Positions 12,201 to 21,267 of a stretch of 64,000 nucleotides of DNA are shown in pieces. Numbering within the stretch: the stretch's first letter is position 1; every line of letters starts with the position of its first letter. This DNA is from Ostrea edulis (Eukaryota): assembly GCF_947568905.1 (NCBI RefSeq), contig NC_079164.1, positions 91,760,001 through 91,824,000 of the forward strand, written 5' to 3'. A program made the position numbers and the translations under genes. The notes below the pieces were generated by a model. That model saw nothing but the letters and a program-made list of their open reading frames with translations, had not been told where the DNA came from and ran no database searches.

Positions 12201-15200
12201 CATCAAATTTCTCTGGTGTAGCATACCTCCTTAATTAGAAATCGCATACATTGAAATATTGCTTAATTTGACGTAAACTAACAGTTCGCTGAGATAATAA
12301 TGAGTTGTTTACATAATGGTGATATTGAAGTCCTGTACATTGGTAGTCATCATGTTCGATGAATCCATAATCATGCAGGTAGATAGGTGTCCCAAGACCA
12401 TTACCTACACCGGAGATGTTCATTGCATGTTTTTATAATAACTGAATTCTGGAGGGGCGTCGTTCATTGATCACTGTCTGATTTTGACTTAAACATGGCA
12501 GCAGAAAAATGAGCCGTGATCATGAAAGTACCACAATATTCTGAATTCCCATTCTAATCATTGCCTTGGCTCAACATACTTGTATATATACATGTAAATT
12601 GAACTTTAGTTATTATCACTTCATTTATGGACAGTATTTTCAAAACATAATATACTGGTCACAGTAGCTCAGTGGTAGAGCGTTTGCTTCGTAACTGGGA
12701 GGTCATGAGTTCGAGCACCGCTCGTGCCATGGCCGCATCAAACCTAGTAATTGCTCCTTTGCTCAGCATTTAGAAGTGAGAATCACAGGTCTTTCAGATC
12801 ACAGGCACTTATATCGCTTGGGGCCTAATTACTATATATAAGAGTACTCTTATATTTAGTAATTAGGCCCCAAGCGATATAAGTGCCTGTGTTTCGGATA
12901 TGACCTTAAAAACGGAGGTCCCGTGTTGCGGTAGGCGTTGGCAGGATGAAGAACCCTTACTGCTACCGTCCTGAGCACTAAGCATAGGTCTAAATTTGTA
13001 GTACTTCACCTACAGCTGGTGACGTCTCAATATGAGTGAAAACTTCTCAACAGGACGTGAAACAAACAAGCAATCAATCAAAACATAATAAAACTGTAAA
13101 ACATTATAAAACTGCAACTAACTAATTCTGGTTTGCATAGGTTTATTAGATTGGGATTGAAATTAACAAATTATGTTTTAAAATGGACAAAAGTGATCAA
13201 TTTTGTTTATTTTGAAGTTTGGATATATTGAAATCCCTGGATTTCAATTTATCTGGAGTAGACTGTATTTTGATTTCCTATTGATAGTACTTGCAGCGTA
13301 TGCCTGAAATGAAATGATGCCTGAAGTGATGGGCAAATTTATTTGTGTTGTACTAAATAAAATGGAAATTATTACATGTAATTCTATTGTGTTGTGATAT
13401 ATTACACTTAGTTTTCATTTGTTATTTTAGGTGAAAAATATTCAGACAGACAGAGAAATGATGTTAGCCAAAAACAAAAGCATGGCAGAGATGAATTTGT
13501 CATTCCAAAATCGGCTGGAAAACACAAAGAGTGAAGTAGCGAGGGCATACGAGGATGCAAATAAGATGAAAATCAATCTGGCACAGGATAAATCTAGAAT
13601 AGGTATAGAAATCAATCTGGCACAGGATAAATCTAGAATAGGTGTAGAAATCAATCTGACACAGGATAAATCTAGAATAGGTATAGAAATCAATCTGACA
13701 CAGGATAAATCTAGAATAGGTATAGAAATCAATCTGGCACAGGATAAATCTAGAATAGGTATAGAAATCAATCTGACACAGGATAAATCTAGAATAGGTA
13801 TAGAAATCAATCTGACACAGGATAAATCTAGAATAGGTGTAGAAATCAATCTGACACAGGATAAATCTAGAATAGGTATAGAAATCAATCTGACACAGGA
13901 TAAATCTAGAATAGGTATAGAAATCAATCTGACACAGGATAAATCTAGAATAGGTATAGAAATCAATCTGACACAGGATAAATCTAGAATAGGTGTAGAA
14001 ATCAATCTGACACAGGATAAATCTAGAATAGGTGTAGAAATCAATCTGACACAGGATAAATCTAGAATAGGTGTAGAAATCAATCTGACACAGGATAAAT
14101 CTAGAATAGGTGTAGAAATCAATCTGACACAGGATAAATCTAGAATAGGTATAGAAATCAATCTGACACAGGATAAATCTAGAATAGGTGTAGAAATGTT
14201 GATCAGTGTAATATATGTATTACTCAAACTTAAGAATAACCAGGTTTAATATAATTTAGTCTCCTGGACCCACTTGCACAAAGGTCAATTAACTTTAACT
14301 GAATGTTAACTTGCCATGAACTTGGACATTCATATAGTGTTAACTTGAAGTTAACTGTCAGTTAAACTTAACTAACCTTCATGCAACTGCCCCCTGGAAT
14401 TGTAATCTGAAAGTCGTTTTTAAATGGAAAAATACCTACAGTATATCCATAGTTTTAAAAACAAGATATTTGGTACAGATAGTATGAATAACACAACATG
14501 TTTGAAATCCATGTGTGGTACATTGTATATGTATCTGTGATTTAGTCAGGTGTGTATGAACACAGTAGGAGATAAGAAACGTGAAATATTTCCCGACATA
14601 TAATTAATGATGGTACTCTGTCCTTGTATTGACTGTGTATTTACTCTCTGTTACAGACTCTCATCTCAGTCGACTTTTGCCTAACACTGCTCTAGCCTGA
14701 CTGTGTATTTACTCTCTGTTACAGACTCTCGTGTCAGTCGACTTTTGCCTGACACTGTGTAGCCTTGTATTGACTGTGTATTTACTCTCTGTTACAGACT
14801 CTCATCTCAGTCGACTTTTGCCTGACACTGTGTAGCCTTGTATTGACTGTATTTACTCTATGTTACAGACTCTCGTGTCAGTCGACTTTTGCCTGACACT
14901 GCTCTAGCCTGACTGTGTATTTACTCTATGTTACAGACTCTCGTGTCAGTCGACTTTTGCCTGACACTGCTCTAGCCTGACTGTGTATTTACTCTCTGTT
15001 ACAGACTCTCGTGTCAGTTGACTTTTGCCTAACACTGCTCTAGCCTGACTGTGTATTTACTCTCTGTTACAGACTCTCATGCCAGTCGACTTTTGCCAGA
15101 CACTGCTCTAGCCTTGTTGCAGACAGCTGCTGCCTCTTCAGAAGAGAGTGCTGAGGTATACTTAGAACACATTGTACAGATGTACACTTCAGTGAAATTT

Positions 15201-16271
15201 TACCTTGGGTCATGTAGAAGAGATTGGTTGTTAAGTGAACTGTGGATTTAATGTCTGATTCATAATTCGCCCCAGGAAAGTTTTCAACAAAGGAAATCTG
15301 CCACGGCAGAGAGTGAAAACACTTGTTTTACAGTAAATGGCATAGGAAATGATTCACCAAGATTTTTGAGAAATAATAAGTCAAAAGTACTGCCTAATTA
15401 TTGCATGTTCTTTGCATACAAAATAAAGCAAAACAATATTTCAGTCAAGGTTCTTGGTGAGAAGCTGTTTGAAACAATTACTTGTCATAATCTAGGCCTA
15501 TAAGAAATTTGTAGATCACTTGACAAAATCTGGTAAAATAAAAAAAAATAGGTTTCATATTTAGAGCAATGGGGCTTTCTCTTTAAAAAGTGATTGGCAA
15601 TGATTTGTAATTAAAAAAAAAAGACATTTGTTTCAAGTTGAATAATTTGAACTTTTAGTATATAGATTTGCAATTAGATTTTTCAATATTTCATTTATCT
15701 AAAATATGAAAACTACTATTATATGTGGAATACTTTTAAGGCAGATAATGCGGTATCATGGTAGCAGGGTCAAAGATGAAATTGTTAAAGAAAAAAAAAT
15801 ATGCATGCATTTTGAAAATACTGTAAATTTGCATTAATATTAGGTATACTTTTATTTGAATATTTGTTACAAAAATTGAATTATGTTAAAGCCAACATTT
15901 TAATTGAGTGCAGTGTTGTAATCTTACTAAACAAATGTGAATTTGATCAGCACTGGTTTAAATATTTACTATTCACACATATATGTCTTTGTATATTTCA
16001 GCAATTTGCAGAGCAGTTTTGTGATAATAAGATAAATGTAGAGTCCTTCTTGGAAAATTATTTGCCTGTAAGAACAGTTGCTCACCTAAGACAAGTAAAA
16101 GTAAAGAAACTGTCAGAACTAATGAATTCAGGGCTTTCGCAGAGGACAGGGCTTTCACAGAGGACAGCTGTACCAAATAGCCCCTCAACAAACAGTTTCT
16201 CCAACGTGAGCAATTTGCCCTATCCCAGTGGTAATTTTGCTATGCCACAACCAGCAATGTATCCAAGATAA
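9246..16271 (+). CDS. VPS37B: Vacuolar protein sorting-associated protein 37B/C-like (ESCRT-I subunit, Mod(r) domain), 226 aa
   Basis: Coding exons 9246-9401, 13431-13602, 15073-15155 and 16002-16271 join in frame (phases 0,1,0; 681 nt). Protein: ...LQHLNKDDLQSLLDDNAKLDSLIQDLQQ|VKNIQTDREMMLAKNKSMAEMNLS...|DSHASRLLPDTALALLQTAAASSEESAE|QFAEQFCDNKINVESFLENYLPVRTVAHLRQVKVKKL..., with a Pro-rich tail. Intron 1 has a GC donor (GCAAGT at 9402). B versus C paralogue is not resolvable. Confidence 0.88.
9372..9794 (+). repeat. 47-bp minisatellite, 9 units, spanning the VPS37 exon/GC-donor junction
   Basis: Unit TTAGACAGCTTAATACAGGATTTACAGCAG|GCAAGTCTTTGTTTTTA at 47-bp spacing from 9372 to 9748. Confidence 0.97.
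10296..10610 (+). mobile_element. TTAA-flanked (Kolobok-like) MITE family A, copy 1, with internal tRNA-like A/B boxes
   Basis: Imperfect TIR GGTAGTACTCTACA / TGTAGCATACCTCC, with TTAA at 10611-10614. It is closely similar to the copy at 11913-12230. Confidence 0.75.
10615..11141 (+). mobile_element. TTAA-flanked (Kolobok-like) MITE family B, copy 1
   Basis: TIR AGGAAGTGATTCACGATTTT / AAAATCGTGAACCAGTCCCT with TTAA on both sides. A second copy is at 32809-33307. Confidence 0.8.
11913..12230 (+). mobile_element. TTAA-flanked (Kolobok-like) MITE family A, copy 2
   Basis: TTAA at 11909-11912 and 12231-12234, with the same TIRs and tRNA-like core as copy 1. Confidence 0.8.
12657..13082 (+). mobile_element. 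tRNA-derived SINE, interrupted by a 92-bp palindrome
   Basis: Head with A box TAGCTCAGTGG and B box GAGTTCGAGC. The 3' tail GACGTCTCAATATGAGTGAAAACTTCTC...CAATCAATCAA resembles the minus-strand SINE tails at 30361 and 39430. Confidence 0.75.
12800..12891. mobile_element. 92-bp loop-less palindromic micro-element with 8-bp TSD
   Basis: 46+46 bp arms with one mismatch, centred on AGT|ACT. Flanks are TTTCAGAT / TTTCGGAT. Confidence 0.8.
13570..14193 (+). repeat. 39-bp minisatellite, 16 units, spanning the VPS37 exon/donor junction
   Basis: Unit AAATCAATCTG(G/A)CACAGGATAAATCTAGAATAG|GT(A/G)TAG; 624 bp = 16 x 39. Confidence 0.97.
14630..15113 (+). repeat. 68-73-bp minisatellite, 7 units, spanning the VPS37 acceptor/exon junction
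   Basis: TGACTGTGTATTTACTCTCTGTTACAG|ACTCTC...TAGCC, with AG acceptors ending at 14656, 14724, 14797, 14868, 14936, 15004 and 15072. Confidence 0.95.
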
Positions 16272-16811
16272 TGATTGTGAATTGTAAAACCAAAGGGCAT
16301 ACAATAAAACTTTTCTACACCCATTCATTCACAATGTTTGCTGTAAATTAATGGATATTTTGCCATATGAAGTGCTGACACTGAACAATGCAAAATTAAA
16401 TGTTTTATATTCTGTTGTGGTCTGATGTAGTTGAGCTTTCATAGAATAGTGATCTGCCAAATTAGGAAAACATGCTTATAAACAGGATTATATTGCAATA
16501 TTTATAATGACTGATTTAAAAAGTGTGGGAGAGGTATAACCATTTATATGAATTGTCAGGTGTCTGTCCAACTTTGTGACCAGGCAATAACCCGGGTAAT
16601 TCTGTAATGGAGAAACTCATGCTTAACATGAAGGTTGCACATGACCTGAAGGTATGTCATGGCTGGTATTCAAAGGCTGCATTTATGATGATAGTGGCTC
16701 AACAAGCTGCTTTCACAAAGATGTTGGCTCAGCAAACTGCTGTCTTGGATATTATACATACTTGTATAGATCTTTATTGAACAAAACACTTGATTAGCCT
16801 TTACCCTTCTG

Positions 16812-17085
16812 GTTATAGATAAATCTCCCTTACAAGGAAGTTATAGATAAATATCTCCCTTATAAGGAAGTTATAGATAAATATCTTCCTTACAAGGAAG
16901 TTATAGATAAATATCTCCCTTACAAGGAAGTTATAGATAAATATCTTCCTTACAAGGAAGTTATAGATAAATATCTCCCTTATAAGGAAGTTATAGATAA
17001 ATATCTCCCTTACAAGGAAGTTATAGATAAATATCTCCCTTACAAGGAAGTTATAGATAAATATCTCCCTTACAAGGAAGTTATA
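16812..17085. repeat. 30-bp minisatellite, ~9 units, downstream of the VPS37 stop
   Basis: GTTATAGATAAATATCT(C/T)CCTTA(C/T)AAGGAA repeated. Confidence 0.95.
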
Positions 17086-17783
17086 ATTAAATGTGAATTC
17101 AGGCTGCAGATATGTTTATGAATATATTCAAATACATTTGAATTTCGGTACCTCGAATACCATATTTCGAAGTGAGTTGGAAGTCCTACTACATATTCTA
17201 CATGTATTTTAACCCCAATATATCAAACCCTTAGATATCTCGAAGTTTTTCCCGGCCCCATTGAGTTAGAGATAATGCGGTTTGAATGTAATTGAAACAC
17301 ATGAAGAAAACGGTTCCGAATTATGTAGAAATGTGATGAAGTGAAAGTGTAACCAAGGTTGCCATCGTGCATAACAATTACTGGTTTGCTTTCCTTGTGA
17401 AGGGGCTAGGCTAGATTATCATTCAACTTTGTAGCACTATACCTGACCTTGAGGAACCACTTCGATCTTCATGCGGCGTTAGTAATGAGAATTTTTCAAG
17501 GTCAGATATGTCCAAGTTTGAACATGACTTGTGGGGAAATAAATCTTGTTAGGACAGCTCTTTTGAAAGTACTGGTACTCTTAATTAACAAATTAATCAA
17601 GTACATAACTAACTAAAGTACTGGTAAAATACTGTTATTTACACGACATAATTCTTGGTGATAACCGTTTTGTTTTATTTTTATTACAAATTATATACAC
17701 TTATTTCTCCAATTTATACAAAGCTACATTTTTGTGATGTCTTAAAATAAATATTGTACAAGTTTGATTGAAGTCTTGTGTAG

Positions 17784-18172
17784 TTTTTAGCTCTTGAGCT
17801 TTCAGCTCAGGTGAGCTATTCTGATTACCCGTTGTCCGTCTGTCAACTTTCACATTTTTGACTTCTCCAGAAACACTGGGTCATTTTCAATCAAACTTGG
17901 CACAAAGCATGCTTGGGGCAAGGGGATTCAAGTTTGTTCAATTGAAGGGCCAAGCCTTTCTCCAAGGGGAGATAATAATGAAATAGCAAAAATACACTGA
18001 AAAGTTTTAAAAATCTTCTTCTCCAGAACCACTCGCCCAATTTCAATAAAACTTGGTACAAAGCATCGTTAGGTAAAGGGAATTCAATTTTTTTTTTCAA
18101 ATGAAAGGCCACGCCCTTCTCCAAGGGGAGATAATGGCAAAATAGTGAAAATACATTGACAACTTTTAAAAA

Positions 18173-18203
<31 letters not shown>

Positions 18204-18420
18204 TAATCTTGATACAAAGCATCCTTGGGTGAAAGGAATTCAACTTTGTTCAAATAAAGGGTCAAACACCCTTCAAAGGGGAGATGATCACAAAAATGCA
18301 AAAAAAATAGGGTAGGGTCATTTAAAAATCTTCTTAAAAACCGCTGGAACAGAAGAGTTGAAATTTACATAAAAGCTTTCTGACATAGTGCAGATTCCAG
18401 TTTGTTAAAACCATGTCATG

Positions 18421-18457
<37 letters not shown>

Positions 18458-18668
18458 ACAAAAAACCCATTGGGCCAAAGAATTTCACATTTACAAGAAA
18501 GCTTCCTGACATAGTGCAGATTCAAGTTTGTAAAATTCATGGCCCCAGGGGGTAGGTTGGGTCCACAATAGGGATCAAAGTTTTACATGTGAATATATAA
18601 GGAAAATCTTTAAATATGGGCCAATTAAGGTATCTCAGGTGAGTGATGTGGCCCACAGGCCTCTTGTT
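17784..18668 (+). mobile_element. Helentron-associated element (HINE/CvA-pearl-like) with ~156-bp internal satellite-like monomers
   Basis: Starts TTTTTAGCTC...CAGGTGAGC and ends CAGGTGAGTGATGTGGCCCACAGGCCTCTTGTT. Monomer marker CCAGAA(A/C)CACT occurs at 17867, 18023 and 18179. Confidence 0.75.
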
Positions 18669-18953
18669 TTTCCTGATCTGTCATTTTAGCATTCATAACA
18701 ATACCAGATACATTTGAAATTAAGGTTTATTTTATATAATTATTAAAGGAACACTTCTTGAAATTCCTGTAAAAAATGTTAGCTTAGCAAGCAACATTAT
18801 AATGTTTATTACAAATGCATTATTTGTGTATGGCATTTACACATACGGAGTTCAACAATTCAGTGAAAACTGGGTGAAGAAATCATTGTTTAAGAAGGTA
18901 CATTTCTCTGATTTACTGAATTAGATTTAATTGGAATTGACAGGTACCAATCT

Positions 18954-19192
18954 GATTGATTGATTGGCGTTTTCCGCCACGCTCAACAATTTTTCAGTTA
19001 TTTGGTGGCGCCCAGTTTTTATTGGTGGAAGAGAGAACCCAGATACAATGTACCTGGGAAGAGACCACCGACCTTCCGAAAGTAAACTTTCTCACTTACC
19101 GGTGTGATCGGGATTTGAACCCGAGCGGACCAGAAGTGAGAGGCCGTGTGATATTGAGCGCAATACTCTAACCACTCGGCCACGGAGGCCCC
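18954..19192 (-). mobile_element. Full-length tRNA-derived SINE (second family)
   Basis: Minus strand GGGGCCTCCGTGGCCGAGTGGTTAGAG (A box)...GGTTCAAATCCC (B box)... with a (CAAT)n tail. Confidence 0.8.
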
Positions 19193-19331
19193 AATCTGTT
19201 GTGCACATGGAAAATTATCTTGATCTATAAGTGTAATATTTTAAACTGGTATTCAGCCTATAGAGGATAAAACATCATTTGATATTTGGATAAAAAAGTC
19301 AAGGTCAAAGAATTATGCCAGAAAATATTAA

Positions 19332-19543
19332 CGGTGGTTGTCATCTGGAACGGCGGATGCAGGTGCCAAACACTGGGGGACGAAGCTTCCCTGAGCAAGG
19401 GGGAGTGTAGTGGACAATATAAGAGGAAACTAATATACCGCCTCCCTAGTGAGCTAGCTTTTCTAGCGATGTGGTAGAGTCTCTCTTGATCACGCAAGTT
19501 AAGCAACGGCAAGTGATCAGCACTTGGCTGGATGACCGCTACA
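19332..19543 (+). mobile_element. TRIM fragment: internal region, PPT and a 138-bp LTR containing a 5S rRNA-derived promoter
   Basis: PPT AAGGGGGAG (19397-19405) abuts TGTAGTGG...CCGCTACA (19406-19543). Inside is GATCACGCAAGTTAAGCAACG...AGCACTTGGCTGGATGACCGC, resembling the 5S A and C boxes. No 5' LTR is seen. Confidence 0.65.
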
Positions 19544-20222
19544 CGTTGCAATAGTCAGTTTTTCCATTAAAAAAAAGGGGGGTGTGTATAATGTTAAAAC
19601 AATGCAAGATGTTTTGATATGCAATGATAAGCATTCTCCAATGGATAATTTTAATTTGTTTAGAGGCTTAACATTTGAGCATGTGTACTTCTTGTGTGAA
19701 TAATTATTCAAGTTATTATGGAATAAAATGGCATTTCAATTACTAGCATCATTATGTAATGCTTTATATCAAGTTAATTTATAGAGGGACATCCCATACA
19801 AACTAATGGTCATCTCCGCAAACCTAGCATGGAACTGGACCAAACTTTGTGCATGACCAGAGAGCAGCTTACGATTCTAAACATTTGCCACAAACTTGGC
19901 TGAAAGGATCCAACAGGACCAGAATGTACATATCATGATGTTAAATGTAAACAAAAAGCCCTTATAGCAATTTTGTCTGGTATTGCACAATCCACGACTA
20001 CATAAGTATTCTAGTCATGCACAGTTTGGTCACAAGTTCCTCTATACAAACTTGTTGGCCCAGAGAAATATTTGTTACTTTTCTTCTCTACATATTATGA
20101 GCCTCTATGGTTTCTCCAGTGGGGCTATATACCCTGTTTGTGCACTTATTTTAGCTTGCAGCTGTTTCTAAAATTCTGAGCTGATACAATATTCAGCAAA
20201 ATCATAAATTAGTGGTTTTGTG

Positions 20223-20583
20223 TGTAACAGGAAGGAGAAAATGCAAAGGACCACACCAGCTAGGATTCAAACCCAGGTCCCCTGAATCCCTAGTCAGGTG
20301 CTCTACCAACTGAGCTATCTTGTCACTGGTGATTGAACCTGGCTGACCACTACATTCCTCCCTCCTTAAATCGTCTTCGAAGACACAACCCAGATTCTTT
20401 TTCCCCAGGTAGGACTTTCACCTGCATGTCCAGGGGTGGTCTACAGCACTAAATGTAACAGGAAGGGAGAAATGCACCGTACCAGACCGCGATTCTAACT
20501 AGGGCCCCTCAATCTCTAGTCAGGTGCTCTACCAACTGAGCTATCTGGCCATCTGGAGCGATCAAATCTGGCTGACTGCTACA
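20223..20583 (-). mobile_element. Complete Helenus-like TRIM (tRNA-derived sequence in both LTRs)
   Basis: LTRs 20454-20583 and 20223-20354 (TGTAG...GTTACA on minus), each with A box TAGCTCAGTTGG. PBS-like TAGTGCTGTAGACC follows the 5' LTR, PPT AAGGAGGGAGGAA precedes the 3' LTR, and the 4-bp TSD is TGTG. Confidence 0.85.
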
Positions 20584-21267
20584 TGTGCATGATATTGGAT
20601 AAAGATTTCCCTATTTTAGCACTTGCATTCTGAATCAATAATTAACACAATATGACCTATTATACCCCATCCTCTGATCCAGGGGCAATGAAGAATTTCA
20701 AATTTTAGTGAAGACATGCCCATAGTTTACATACCTTTTAAGGTTTACCTGTTAGATTTCATAATTACAAATGCTTGAACATCAGTGTAGGACCCAGAAC
20801 CAGGGTCATGCATTTAATAACTTAGTAGAGTACCCCATGCTCATTAGTTGTACCCATTTTGTCTGCCAGATGTTACAGTTTTGGAGATTCAGTCTGGCTA
20901 CTAAGCCACATCCTAACTAGGGTCTGAACCCTTTTATTTCAGAAGTGGCCAGTATGTTTAATACTAGGTGAAAATGATTTTTAGAGATTGCATCAGTTTT
21001 AGCTCAACAGTGCAGAAGGCTAGAGTTCGATATCTGCTCAAAATTTGTTGCTGTTGAACTTTTCACAATATATCCCTCCCCACCCCCTAAGGCCTACTGT
21101 AACTTTCCTTCACTGGTATAATTTTCTGCAAATAAACTGAAAAATCTTTGAATTCTTAGCGATTGGTTTCTGTTAGTCATGACACAAGTTAATTCTGACT
21201 TCCACAAGTTTACCAAATCTAATGAAAATTCAAGATGGTTAAATTCAGTGGCATTAGGGCCAGGGTG

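Noticed and set aside
13431-14249. 272-aa (+) and 261-aa (-) ORFs as stand-alone repeat proteins
   Set aside because: Only 13431-13602 is a supported exon. The rest is open because the 39-bp unit lacks stops in these frames, and the minus ORF has no independent support.
9372-17085. CRISPR-like arrays
   Set aside because: The units are head-to-tail with no unique spacers, there are no cas genes, and the context is eukaryotic.
19406-19543. A true 5S rRNA gene
   Set aside because: Only the central ~60 nt resembles 5S. The 5S ends are missing, and the segment is bounded by LTR-like termini and a PPT.
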